DNA of 64,000 nucleotides from Spirochaetia bacterium (GTDB taxonomy: Bacteria > Spirochaetota > Spirochaetia > DSM-2461), in NCBI GenBank assembly GCA_963666985.2, contig CAXXIA010000002.1, positions 1,280,001 to 1,344,000 on the forward strand, given 5' to 3'. Of this stretch, positions 1-9,820 are shown in pieces; positions within the stretch are counted from its first letter, which is position 1; each line of letters begins with the position of its first letter. The notes under the pieces are model-generated. The model was not told the origin of the DNA, did not search any database, and worked only from the letters and a program-made list of their open reading frames with translations. The translations under genes were made by a program, and so were the position numbers.

Positions 1-553
1 CGGCCACTTTTCGAACATCGTCGATACGGGCTCCGGACACGTCGAAAAAACGCTCAACGGACTTCCGTCCGGCCTTGTCCAAATCCCAAAGTCTTAAGGC
101 AACGCCGTCTCTGTCGGTGATGATGTTTCCGAATCGATCGTAATTAAAAACGCCGACGGCCCTATCGACGGCGTCAAGCCGGATTCGCCGGGCCCAAACA
201 CCCCGTTCATCGGCCATGGGAACGGACCGCTCGTCGGTGAAACGGCGCATGACATATCCGTTTTCATAGCTGATTTCCATCCGGGGTACGCCGTAGGCGG
301 GATCGGCGAGAGACCGCCCGGAACACCGATACTCGACTTCCACGAGTCTTCCGGCCTCGTCATAAACAAAGCGGTAGGCATTGACCGAAGCGGCTTCGGC
401 GGCCGTAATACCGTTCAATCCCGAAAGACGTTCATAACCGTCCGTTTCAATCCCCAGATACCAGGCTTCACCGGCTTGCGCGGCGAAGGCGATTAACAAA
501 AACGGAAAAGCAAGGATAATTCGAATTTTTCCGGACAACTTCTTCTTCATCAT
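1..553 (-). CDS. Exported protein with YD/RHS-like repeats (partial, runs off the left edge; not in the ORF track)
   Basis: Manual translation from ATG 553 (alternative 559): MMKKKLSGKIRIILAFPFLLIAFAAQA signal peptide, then YRFVYDEAGRLVEVEY and FNYDRFGNII motifs. The frame is open to position 1. Confidence 0.7.
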   Translation of the reverse strand, partial: MMKKKLSGKIRIILAFPFLLIAFAAQAGEAWYLGIETDGYERLSGLNGITAAEAASVNAYRFVYDEAGRLVEVEYRCSGRSLADPAYGVPRMEISYENGYVMRRFTDERSVPMADERGVWARRIRLDAVDRAVGVFNYDRFGNIITDRDGVALRLWDLDKAGRKSVERFFDVSGARIDDVRKVA

Positions 554-590
554 TTCCATAATCGGCAAAAGACCGGCGCCGAATGAGAAG

Positions 591-2153
591 TCACGACGGC
601 GATACGGTCCGCATTCGAATCTGCTCCATGGCCTCGGCAAACCGCGCCAAATCGTCTTTGGCCCGATTCCGTTCGCAATATTCACGCCTGCGGATTTCCT
701 CTTCCCTGCGGCGAAAAAGGATTTCCTGAATCCGCCACGGTTTGGATACCCCCGTAAGAACGGTATCCGAAGCTCCTCCGGCGGTAACGAGAACAACATT
801 CCCGTATCGGAACAGGAACGAAGCAAATCCTTTCTGCTCGGTCCGGATGTTCTGAACCGAAACCAAATCAACCTGCCTCCTGGTTTCTTTTAAACCTAAG
901 GGTTTGCGGTAAAGATCGATGACATACCCTCCGGAGATTCGGAAGCTGTCGTTACGCCAGTCTTCAAATCTGTAAATCGCCCATATCAAGCAGGCAAGAC
1001 CCGCCGTGAAGACAAGACGAGGGTCGACTTCAATGCGTGTTCCGGCGAACTTCATGAACAAAAGAATCCCCGCGGCCGCAAGAAGCGGAAGGGAAAGACG
1101 AAACAACAAAACGGCGGGACTCTTTCGAATCCGTGTTTCGCTACCGGAAGCCGGAGCGTCTTTTCCGGCGGGACCGAGGGAGCTTCGAATCTTCTTGGGC
1201 ACAGCCGACGCTGTTCCGCCGGATTCAAGGATTCGGCGCATTTCCATTCTCTCGCGCCCGATGTTCCTTTCCGAGACGTTCCGCTTTGAAGATCGAATCG
1301 TTTGAGCAATATCTTCCGGAGAGTTCACGTCGATAAGCTTTAATTCGCCTTCCATGGCCGATGTTTTGACGATAACCGTTCCGTAATCCAAAAGACGCCT
1401 TGCCCAGCCGTTCTTTTCGGTTTCCACGCCCTGTACGCCGTCAATCGGGACATGCCTGCTGATAATGGATAAACGGCCCCAATCGAAACTTCGGGAAATA
1501 ACCGAATCGCTGTCCATCGTGTACTCGGTCAGTGCTCTGCGAATGAGGAAAACCAGAAACCAGCCGATAAAAGCGGCCGGCGCGGCCAGGGGGATTTGAA
1601 GCGGCATTCCCTCCAGAACTCCGACGGCCCATACCAGCATGACTCCGACAACAGCGGTCCATGCAAGACCGATAAGGGCCGGTTTTACGGACGGACGGAA
1701 GCGGCGGCGCCGTATTTCTCCGCCTGCATCCGGACCATCGGGCAGTCCCGATATCAAAACACCGTCCTCGTCCCGCAGGGGAGAGAGCGCCTTGCGGAGT
1801 CCCGCATCCGATTCCAGCAGAGAGCGGAACGACGGTCCTGTCCATCGAAGCCAGCGGGTGAACTCGGCCGCAACCAATGCCGCCGCACTCGATTCCGGAT
1901 GAAACGGATGAGAAACGCCCCAGAGATCGCCGGGGAACCACCGCCGCGCCCGGCCGTCTCCATTGATGCCGTCTGTCCGCTCTTCAAGCCGCCCTTCCAG
2001 AATAAAAAGCATATCTTCACCGGGATCGCCGGGATAATGAACAAAGGCGCCCTCGGGCGCTTCCCAGAGTTCGGCGGCTTCCATAAGGCGATTTCTTTCT
2101 TCCGGCGAGAGTCGAAAAAACGCGGGATTGTCCGGTAACGGCTCATTCTTCAT
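591..2153 (-). CDS. Membrane protein with an N-terminal cNMP-binding-like domain and two bacterial PH (bPH_2-like) domains
   Basis: GAFVHYPGDPGEDMLFILEG (cNMP fold); two TM pairs each followed by 'GVETEKNGWARRLLDYGTVIVKTS' or 'VQNIRTEQKGFASFLFRYGNVVLVTAG'. Likely start is MKNEPLP at 2153; the ORF extends to 2282. Confidence 0.7.
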   Translation of the reverse strand: MKNEPLPDNPAFFRLSPEERNRLMEAAELWEAPEGAFVHYPGDPGEDMLFILEGRLEERTDGINGDGRARRWFPGDLWGVSHPFHPESSAAALVAAEFTRWLRWTGPSFRSLLESDAGLRKALSPLRDEDGVLISGLPDGPDAGGEIRRRRFRPSVKPALIGLAWTAVVGVMLVWAVGVLEGMPLQIPLAAPAAFIGWFLVFLIRRALTEYTMDSDSVISRSFDWGRLSIISRHVPIDGVQGVETEKNGWARRLLDYGTVIVKTSAMEGELKLIDVNSPEDIAQTIRSSKRNVSERNIGRERMEMRRILESGGTASAVPKKIRSSLGPAGKDAPASGSETRIRKSPAVLLFRLSLPLLAAAGILLFMKFAGTRIEVDPRLVFTAGLACLIWAIYRFEDWRNDSFRISGGYVIDLYRKPLGLKETRRQVDLVSVQNIRTEQKGFASFLFRYGNVVLVTAGGASDTVLTGVSKPWRIQEILFRRREEEIRRREYCERNRAKDDLARFAEAMEQIRMRTVSPS

Positions 2154-2278
2154 CTCTTCGACTATCGGCCGAAGTCCGCGGGCGGCTGAGTACGGGACGA
2201 AGCGTCCGAAGGCGAAAAGCGCGGAAAGACTCTTCGGCCCGATTCGAAGCCCGAAAGACCCGCCGAACAGATGCGGCA

Positions 2279-3355
2279 TCAATCCCGGAAGCGAAGCTTG
2301 CGGCGGCGAACGGACGCCGCCAAGGCCTCCCAGAGATCGGAAACCAAAGTACCGATAAGAATAAATGCCGCTCCGACGATTTCCTTAAGGCTCATGCTCT
2401 CGCCGAAGGCCATCCAGCCGATGATGGTCGCGAAAACCGGTTCCAGCGCGTAAATCAGAACCGCGCGCAGCGGGGTCAGTCTTTTCTGAAACCAATTCAT
2501 CAATGCCAGAGCCACGACGCTGCCGAAAACCACCAGGTAAAAAAGAGAACCGAAAAGCCGCGGGGAGGGAACAAGAAATAAAGTTTCGAAAAAAGGAGCC
2601 AAAGCCAGGGCAAAAACACCGCAAGCGAGCATCTGTACCACGGTAACCGCTCCGGGATGGCAGCGGCGCGTCGCGATGTCCAAAAGCACGACATAGAAGG
2701 CGTAACCCACCGCACCACCCAAGGTATAAAGATCTCCAATATTAAGTCCGCCTTTGGATAAACCGCGAAGAACTTCCAGAATTCTCAGCGGTGAAAAATC
2801 GGCGGGACGCAGGGAGGCCGACGAAGGATCGGTGATGAAGGAAAGGCCCCAGAAAACAACGATAAGCCCGAGGAGGTTTCCAAATCCGGGTTTCTTCCCG
2901 AGAAGAAAAAACTGCAGGAACGGAACGAAGAGAGCGAAAGAATAGGTAATGAATCCGGACCGTGCGACGGTGGTGTACTTCAAGCCTATCGTTTGCCCGG
3001 CATATCCGGCGAGCATCCCCAGTCCGATGACCGCTCCCCAGAGCCAGGTTTTCCGATTGAAGAGACGCCGTTTCGCGGGGGCGGCGGCCTGTTCTTGCCA
3101 CTCGTCATCCGGCCGCGGTTGATCCGGCCCCGCGGCATCCGGAAAGGCTTCGCCTGTGCCGGCCGATCCGCCGCGCCGTTTCGCCCATCGGCCCGTCAGC
3201 AGAGGATAGGCAAGCGCCGCCGCCGCGATAAAGCGGATGCCGACCATAAGCAGGGGCGAGATATCCTGCAGGCCGCCCTTGATGACGGCGAAAGTGCCTC
3301 CCCAGAGAAGTGTAACAAATATCAGAAGTCCTTCCGCCCGTACATCCCGCCGCAT
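2279..3355 (-). CDS. EamA/DMT family transporter
   Basis: LLWGGTF, GIRF, QTIGLKYTT and LEPVFA motifs; about 10 hydrophobic segments. Confidence 0.9.
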   Translation of the reverse strand: MRRDVRAEGLLIFVTLLWGGTFAVIKGGLQDISPLLMVGIRFIAAAALAYPLLTGRWAKRRGGSAGTGEAFPDAAGPDQPRPDDEWQEQAAAPAKRRLFNRKTWLWGAVIGLGMLAGYAGQTIGLKYTTVARSGFITYSFALFVPFLQFFLLGKKPGFGNLLGLIVVFWGLSFITDPSSASLRPADFSPLRILEVLRGLSKGGLNIGDLYTLGGAVGYAFYVVLLDIATRRCHPGAVTVVQMLACGVFALALAPFFETLFLVPSPRLFGSLFYLVVFGSVVALALMNWFQKRLTPLRAVLIYALEPVFATIIGWMAFGESMSLKEIVGAAFILIGTLVSDLWEALAASVRRRKLRFRD

Positions 3356-3537
3356 GTCCGCAACGGTAACGCCGAAGGTCTATTAATGCCAACCCCGGCA
3401 AAATCCGACAAGATGCTTCTCCTGAGGAACGGTATCACTTATACCGCGGAAGGCCGCCTATGCGATGGATACGGTTTTACCTCTCTTTCCGTTCTCGCCA
3501 AACACCTCCCGGAACTCCTTCTCCGATGAATTAACGA

Positions 3538-4077
3538 CTAAAAAGAATCTTTCAGCGCGAGAGGTTTATCGAGAATAACGGACCAAAGAACGCCCTGCGC
3601 CAAGGGCGGCATGGATGCTATTCGTTTCAAAACCGCCGGCTCACTTCCGGAAGGACTTCGATCGCCCGACGGATCAACATCCGCGACCATCCGCTTGGTT
3701 TCCTCTTCCGTGTTCACTGCACTTGAGGAGGAAACAGGATGATGCTCGGCAGGCTCAATTCGCCGAGAATCCATCCTTTCGTAAAGTTCCTCTTCACCGC
3801 GCGGAATCGCCGCTTCCCGGACGCTTCCATCCGCGATCATCCCCGCTTCCCGCGCCTTGTCGGCAATCCATTTTGAAAGGCTTTCGGAAGCCGGTGCTTT
3901 GACGGTTTTCAGGGAAGCAATCGAGACTTTCCCTCTCGGCGCTCCGTCGGGAGCGGGCCTCCGAGCGTTCCCTCCGGCCGACTGTGATTTTTTCCTTACC
4001 TTTCCAACGCTTCTTAAAACCCAAATCACCACGAAAACGATGGGAAGAATGCTGAAAAGGGAATCAAGTGCGCCCAT
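3538..4077 (-). CDS. Hypothetical membrane-anchored protein (YqfB-like third gene of the nfeD-floA operon)
   Basis: N-terminal TM, low-complexity middle, C-terminal LAQGVLWSVILDKPLALK. Starts 3 nt downstream of the floA stop. Confidence 0.7.
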   Translation of the reverse strand: MGALDSLFSILPIVFVVIWVLRSVGKVRKKSQSAGGNARRPAPDGAPRGKVSIASLKTVKAPASESLSKWIADKAREAGMIADGSVREAAIPRGEEELYERMDSRRIEPAEHHPVSSSSAVNTEEETKRMVADVDPSGDRSPSGSEPAVLKRIASMPPLAQGVLWSVILDKPLALKDSF

Positions 4078-4080
4078 GCT

Positions 4081-5076
4081 TTATTCGTCCGTATCCTTGG
4101 GCCTCGTCTGTTCTCCGAGGCTTTTGCGCATGTCGGTGTCCGCCTGCAGATTTCTCAGCTTGTAGTAATCCATGATGCCCAGATTGCCGTCCCGGAAGGA
4201 CTGGGCGATTGCTTGAGGAATCTCCGCCTCGGCCAAAACCACCTTGGCGCGGTTTTCCTGAACCATGGCCACCATTTCCTGTTCGCGTGCGCGGGCCGCG
4301 GCGCGGCGCTGTTCGGCTTCGGCCTGAAAGCGGCGGGTATCGGCTTCCGCCTGATCGGCTTGAAGCTTGGCACCGATATTGGAACCCACGTCCACGTCCG
4401 CGATATCAATGGAAAGAATCTCAAAAGCCGTCCCCGCATCCAGTCCCTTCTCCAAAACCGTTTTGGAAATTTTATCCGGATTTTCCAAAACGTCTTTGTA
4501 GGTTTGCGCCGAACCGATGGTGGTGACGATGCCTTCACCGACGCGGGCGATAATCGTTTCCTCGGAGGCACCGCCGATAAGGGCATCAATATTCACCCGA
4601 ACGGTTACCCGGGCTTTGGCCTTTAGCTGGATACCATCTTTGGCCACCGCGTCGATGGTCAGTTTACCGGTTTCGGGATTCGGACAGTCGATAACTTTGG
4701 GATTGACGCTGGTCTTTACCGCGTCCAGAACGTCGCGGCCTGCCAGATCTATAGCCGCGGCCCGTTCGAACGGCAGTTCTATCTTCGCCTTTGCGGCGGC
4801 CACGAGCGCCCGGGAAACCCGAACCACGTCCCCGCCGGTAAGAAAATGCGTTTCCAGCAAGTCGGTATGAATCGGGATACCGCCCTTCATCAGCATGATT
4901 CTGCTGTCCACGACAACCCTGGTATTCACCTTCCGAATCCACATGCCCACCAGCCGTCCAAGACCAACCTTGGCGCCGGAAACCAAAGCACGGAGCCAGA
5001 GTCCGAAAAACTTCAGCAGAATGATTACGAAGATAAGGGCGACGACTCCGGCTACAGCCCACAAAATATAAATCAT
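4081..5076 (-). CDS. floA: Flotillin-like protein FloA (YqfA/UPF0365)
   Basis: [52 protein letters not shown] motifs; SD AAGGAG before ATG 5076. Confidence 0.95.
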   Translation of the reverse strand: MIYILWAVAGVVALIFVIILLKFFGLWLRALVSGAKVGLGRLVGMWIRKVNTRVVVDSRIMLMKGGIPIHTDLLETHFLTGGDVVRVSRALVAAAKAKIELPFERAAAIDLAGRDVLDAVKTSVNPKVIDCPNPETGKLTIDAVAKDGIQLKAKARVTVRVNIDALIGGASEETIIARVGEGIVTTIGSAQTYKDVLENPDKISKTVLEKGLDAGTAFEILSIDIADVDVGSNIGAKLQADQAEADTRRFQAEAEQRRAAARAREQEMVAMVQENRAKVVLAEAEIPQAIAQSFRDGNLGIMDYYKLRNLQADTDMRKSLGEQTRPKDTDE

Positions 5077-5081
5077 GATTC

Positions 5082-6731
5082 TCACTCCTTGGCGGCGACG
5101 ACAACCTTTACACCGTCTGTCCGCAGAACAAAAATTCGCGTTCCCTTTTCCAAATACTCACCGTCGGTTTCCGTAACGACGATTTTTCCATCAAATCGGG
5201 CTTTGCCTACGGGCCTTAAATCCGTTACCGCGATACCTTCGGCGCCAACGGGCACACTCTGAAAAACGGTCGGAGGAACAACTCCGGGCACCGGAGCGCC
5301 TGCTTTAGCGCTCTCTCCGTCTGTTTTCTTCTTTTTTCCATGCCGCTTCTTTCCGGCATATCCCGGATCTCCGGGTCCGTGCAGAACCAATCTGTCGAAC
5401 AATCCGGCCCTCGGTAATGCGGCCATTATAACTCCTATCAGAACAATCCCGCCCAGAATACCTATCCCGACAATACCCAAGTTCCTCTTGGCGATGGTCC
5501 ACTGCCAATCGAATTCGGGCCAGTAGAAATCCTGAAGACTGAAAACCAAAGACGCCAGAATTAAAAGGATACCGGCAATGCCGACAACACCGAAGCCGGG
5601 AATAACGAAAATCTCGATGAGCAGCAGGACGATACCGACAAGAAACATTAAAATTTCAGCGGAACCCAAATTCCCCATCAAACCGCTTACGCCGAAGACG
5701 ACGGCGAAACAGACAAGCGCAATGGTTCCCGGCACGCCGAAACCGGGACTGGTGATTTCCAGATACAAAGCCACCAGGGCCGCAATCAGAAGCAGACTGG
5801 TAACCGCACCGCTTGTCAGGAACGTCAGGATGGAATCGGAACGGCTCTTTTCAAGCACGACCGCGTCACCCGGGAGATAGCCCAAAGACTCGATAAGCTT
5901 TTCCCGTGTAGAGACGGTTCCCGAGGAAACACCGTAGCGTTCCATCTCGCCGGCGGTCAGCGTAAGGAGCTTCCCCTCGTCGCAGACGGTCTTCCCGACT
6001 TCAATATCCTCGCCGAGGCGTTCTTTCGCTTCAATGTCCGTACTGGTTTCAAGAGTCACTTTGCCGCCGGCAAAAACCTCTTTCAGCACAACATCGGCGT
6101 CGACCATGGCCAAAGCCACACCGATCGGATACCCGTTTTTTTCCGCCAGGGCGGCCATTTGACCCCTCACGGCGCTGACGGTCTTCTCTCCGGCGGCCTC
6201 CATTCCCTCCGTGGTCTGGTACACCGGAGCCGCGGCCCCTATCGACGTACCGGACGCCATCCAGAGTTCCGAGCAGGAAAAGGCCATCAGAGCTCCTGCC
6301 GACCAGCTCACGCCGCGCCCTCCGCTGTCGGCAGGAACGTAGGCAACCGTCTTCGCGTAAGAGGCGGATCCGATCTTGCTCGCTATCTCCAGCGCCGTAT
6401 CGACACGGCCGCCGAAGGTGTCTATTTCAATGATAATGAGCTCGGCGCCGGCCTTCTCGGCGATTTCCATAGAACGTCCGAGAAACACGCCGAGATAACG
6501 GTCCACATCCTCACGCAGCGGTATAACGTAGACGGGAGCCTCGACGATTTCCATCGAGGCCCCGAGGCCGCTCTTCTTCACGGCCCCGTCCGGTTTAACG
6601 CCGGCCTCTTGAGCGGCCGAATCACCCGATTCCGCGCCGAGCGGTCCGGCAAAAAAACCCGCCGATAAAACCGTCAGAAAAAATACCGTTACGGCCCTCA
6701 AACGAAAGGCACAATCAGACAAGAACCTCAT
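5082..6731 (-). CDS. nfeD: NfeD family membrane-bound ClpP-class serine protease (YqeZ-like)
   Basis: [30 protein letters not shown] and EIFVIPGFG motifs, C-terminal [11 protein letters not shown] domain. Overlaps the floA translation-initiation region. Confidence 0.9.
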   Translation of the reverse strand: MRFLSDCAFRLRAVTVFFLTVLSAGFFAGPLGAESGDSAAQEAGVKPDGAVKKSGLGASMEIVEAPVYVIPLREDVDRYLGVFLGRSMEIAEKAGAELIIIEIDTFGGRVDTALEIASKIGSASYAKTVAYVPADSGGRGVSWSAGALMAFSCSELWMASGTSIGAAAPVYQTTEGMEAAGEKTVSAVRGQMAALAEKNGYPIGVALAMVDADVVLKEVFAGGKVTLETSTDIEAKERLGEDIEVGKTVCDEGKLLTLTAGEMERYGVSSGTVSTREKLIESLGYLPGDAVVLEKSRSDSILTFLTSGAVTSLLLIAALVALYLEITSPGFGVPGTIALVCFAVVFGVSGLMGNLGSAEILMFLVGIVLLLIEIFVIPGFGVVGIAGILLILASLVFSLQDFYWPEFDWQWTIAKRNLGIVGIGILGGIVLIGVIMAALPRAGLFDRLVLHGPGDPGYAGKKRHGKKKKTDGESAKAGAPVPGVVPPTVFQSVPVGAEGIAVTDLRPVGKARFDGKIVVTETDGEYLEKGTRIFVLRTDGVKVVVAAKE

Positions 6732-6737
6732 TGTCAC

Positions 6738-6766
6738 AGCATGAGACGATGAAGGCAGGAAGTCAA
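6738..6766 (-). promoter_or_regulatory. Putative sigma70 promoter TTGACT-17-CATGCT, 6 nt before the nfeD ATG
   Basis: Read from sequence; the -10 element is imperfect. Confidence 0.5.
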
Positions 6767-6884
6767 CTGAAGATGTTCCGCAACAAGCCCATTACGCGTT
6801 TATACCGATCGGCCCGGTTAATGTTATTACCGTAAAAACGCATTGCCTTTCGGAAGAACGGAAAAGAGACCTTTTTATCTCTTA

Positions 6885-8567
6885 TCAAACACCGGGCGGA
6901 AGTTCCGCGATGGCCTGTGAAACATTGAGGGAACTGTCTCCGATATGCTCAAGGTGCCTGACCATATCCATGAAAATAAGCTCGCCTTTAACGTCAACAT
7001 CATCATCTTTTTCAATTGTTCTTCGTGAACGCTTACGAAGCTTATCCCTCATTAAGTTAATCCCGTTCTCCATTTCCAGAGCCACCCGCAAATCATAATT
7101 ATCAATCCGCCGCTCCAGAAAATCCTGGTTGTATTTCAGAAAATCAAGAACCCGGGAGGTGTAATCCATGAGTTCGTCGCCTCCGGTTTCATGAAAACGC
7201 CAATCCTTTTTATGAAGCTTAACCAGAAGAAGTCCGATGCCGAACGTACTGTCGGCCACGGACTCAAGTTCGTGAGCGATACGGCTCTGGGCGGCCACCA
7301 TATTGGATTGCTCAACACCCAAGGGACGGCGTGTACATCGCGTCAGATATTCGATGATCTGCTCCTGCATATCGTCCACCCGCTGTTCTTTATGCACAAG
7401 GCTGTCTTTTTCCTTGGAGAATTTCTTCGGATGGCCGGCACCGTTCATCACCGTCAGAAGCATATCGTAAGCCTCGCCGGCCATATCGGCCAGTTCACTG
7501 CGGATAATGATGAGATTGGCATTAACCGCATCATCGATGCTGTCGGGAACCAAAGTCAGTTTATAGGGCCCCTTCTTTTTCACCGAATCATCATTGGGCA
7601 CCAGTTTCTTCACCAGTTTCGCCAAAGGCGTGATGAACCAAACGAGAAAACAAGTATTCAAAACATTAAACAGCGTATGAAACATTGAAAGATGAATGGG
7701 AATTGTCGCCGGATCGGCGGCATCACCCGGAACAATACGGTCCACAAGTCTCGTGAAAGGGAAAAAAACCGCCAGCATCCAGAGCACGCCGATGATGTTG
7801 AACACCATATGCGCACGGGCGGTCCTCTTTGCGACGGCGTTCATGGGCAGGGAGGCAAGGAACGCCGTAATCGTCGTTCCGATGTTCTCCCCGAGAACGA
7901 CGGCCGCCGCCACCGGGAAGCTGATCCACCCTTTGAAGGCCATGGTGATGGTGATGGTCATCGCGGCCGAGGAGGATTGGACGACAATCGTCAGCAAGGT
8001 TCCGATGAGAACGAACAGCAGGATGGAGAGATACCCCCAATCGGACCAGGTGGACAAAAACATCAGAACGTCCGGATTATTCTTGATATCGGGCACCGAG
8101 TCCTTCATAAAAGAAAGTCCGAGAAAGAGCAGACCGAAACCGATAAGGATGTCGGCGATTTCCCGCCTTTTCGTCCGTCCGCTGAAATAGAAAGGAATGG
8201 CAACGGCAATCGCGGGAAGCGCCACCGAGGTGATTTTGAATTTGAAGCCTACGATGGAGACAATCCAGGCGGTGAGTGTCGTGCCGATATTGGCACCCAT
8301 GATAACCCCGATGGACTGTTTCAGCGTTACCAGTCCGGCATTAACCAGACTCACCAGGATTACGGTGGTGGCGGACGAAGACTGAATAATCGAAGTAACG
8401 CCCATTCCGGTGAGGATGCCGGCGAAACGATTCTCGGTCATTGTGTGAAGAACCGACTTCAGACGATTTCCCGCTCGATTCTGTATGCCGTCGCTCATAA
8501 TACGCATGCCGATGAGGAACACGCCCAATCCGCCTATGAGATTGAGAACCTGCAGGAAACCTTTCAT
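6885..8567 (-). CDS. Na+/Pi cotransporter (NptA/YjbB, SLC34-like) with C-terminal PhoU-like domain
   Basis: Two QSSS repeats (IIQSSSATT, VVQSSSAAM), GANIGTT and GENIGTT; PhoU-like LEHIGD. Confidence 0.95.
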   Translation of the reverse strand: MKGFLQVLNLIGGLGVFLIGMRIMSDGIQNRAGNRLKSVLHTMTENRFAGILTGMGVTSIIQSSSATTVILVSLVNAGLVTLKQSIGVIMGANIGTTLTAWIVSIVGFKFKITSVALPAIAVAIPFYFSGRTKRREIADILIGFGLLFLGLSFMKDSVPDIKNNPDVLMFLSTWSDWGYLSILLFVLIGTLLTIVVQSSSAAMTITITMAFKGWISFPVAAAVVLGENIGTTITAFLASLPMNAVAKRTARAHMVFNIIGVLWMLAVFFPFTRLVDRIVPGDAADPATIPIHLSMFHTLFNVLNTCFLVWFITPLAKLVKKLVPNDDSVKKKGPYKLTLVPDSIDDAVNANLIIIRSELADMAGEAYDMLLTVMNGAGHPKKFSKEKDSLVHKEQRVDDMQEQIIEYLTRCTRRPLGVEQSNMVAAQSRIAHELESVADSTFGIGLLLVKLHKKDWRFHETGGDELMDYTSRVLDFLKYNQDFLERRIDNYDLRVALEMENGINLMRDKLRKRSRRTIEKDDDVDVKGELIFMDMVRHLEHIGDSSLNVSQAIAELPPGV

Positions 8568-8757
8568 CCGTCGTACTCCGGGGAATTTACTTCAGCGAGA
8601 TAACTAACGAAACCGAATACGGAATGTTAAAAACCTCATCCATTTCTAACACGTTAAGGTGGTCTTGGCGAGAGAAAAGACAACTTTGAAAGGTTTTCGT
8701 CCAAAACTTATTGCGGCTGCGGCCGATGGAATCGGATAATGACCGAAAGGATCAACG

Positions 8758-9648
8758 ATGTTCTACCGACGATTGGAATCATCCCTCCGGGACGGCCGCC
8801 GTGTTCGTATCGCCGTGGCCGGCGCCGAGGGAGAGGAAATTTTTTCATCTCTACGCCTGTCCGAAAAACTCGGCATAACCGAAGCTCTCCTTACGGGAAA
8901 CAGGCAAAAGGCGATTCAGGAAGCCGACAGGGCCGGCATGGAATGCTTCAGCATTATTGAAGCGGAAGATGAACACGAGGCGGCACTGGCCGCCGTGGAA
9001 GCCGTCAGGGACGGCCGGGCCGATCTATTGATGAAGGGCAAGGTTTCCACGGCGGTGCTCCTTAAGGCCGCACTGTCTGAAAAAACGGTCTTTTCAAAAG
9101 GACATTTGCTCTCGCATTTGGCCGTTATGGAATCTCCTTCCGGCCGTATCCTGGGTATTACCGACGGCGGCATGAATATCAATCCGTCTCTGGAGCAGAA
9201 ACGTCGGATACTGGAATCGGCGGTTGAGGCTTTTACAAAGCTCGGCATACGGAATCCGAAGGTCGCGGTTCTGGCCGCCATGGAAAAAGAAAATCCCAAG
9301 ATTCCCGAGTCCATGGACGCGGGCGAACTCAGCAGACTTCAGGATTCCGGAGAGATATCGGACTGTATCGTTGAAGGTCCGATGGCTCTGGATCTTGCCG
9401 TAACGCCGGAAGCCTGCCGCATGAAAGACTATAAGGGAAAAATACAGGGCGATGCCGACATCCTCCTCACTCCGAACATATCGGCCGGCAATATCCTGGC
9501 GAAGTCCCTGATTCATCTCGGGAAATGGCACGGCGGCGGTATTATAATCGGTGCCGGAAGGCCCATTATCCTTCTTTCGCGAAGCGATACTTCCGAAGAG
9601 AAGTATCACTCCATTCTTCTTGCCATCGCCTTGTCCCGCGGCAATTGA
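8758..9648 (+). CDS. ptb: Phosphate butyryltransferase / phosphate acyltransferase
   Basis: ADLLMKGKVST, LLSHLAV, TDGGMNI, VEGPMALDLA, AGNILAK and LLSRSD motifs. Confidence 0.85.
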   Translation: MFYRRLESSLRDGRRVRIAVAGAEGEEIFSSLRLSEKLGITEALLTGNRQKAIQEADRAGMECFSIIEAEDEHEAALAAVEAVRDGRADLLMKGKVSTAVLLKAALSEKTVFSKGHLLSHLAVMESPSGRILGITDGGMNINPSLEQKRRILESAVEAFTKLGIRNPKVAVLAAMEKENPKIPESMDAGELSRLQDSGEISDCIVEGPMALDLAVTPEACRMKDYKGKIQGDADILLTPNISAGNILAKSLIHLGKWHGGGIIIGAGRPIILLSRSDTSEEKYHSILLAIALSRGN

Positions 9649-9782
9649 TTGAATTATCAAGGCCGAAGGTCGAGTTTCTCAGCATACTCGGCCCGGATGG
9701 CAGCGGTTCCGGCCCGTCGAAGCGCTGAAAATGCCGGATAATGGCCTTAGAAAAGAGAACACCCGCAATTCGGCCGATTGAT

Positions 9783-9804
9783 GCCGCCGCTCCGCTGCGG
9801 CGGC
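9783..9804. terminator. GC-rich hairpin between convergent genes
   Basis: GCCGCCGC-tccgct-GCGGCGGC, 8-bp stem; no clear U-tract. Confidence 0.35.
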
Positions 9805-9820
9805 GCGGTCAGAAAAGAGT

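Noticed and set aside
94..381. 95-aa minus-strand ORF
   Set aside because: Alternative frame inside the real partial gene starting at 553.
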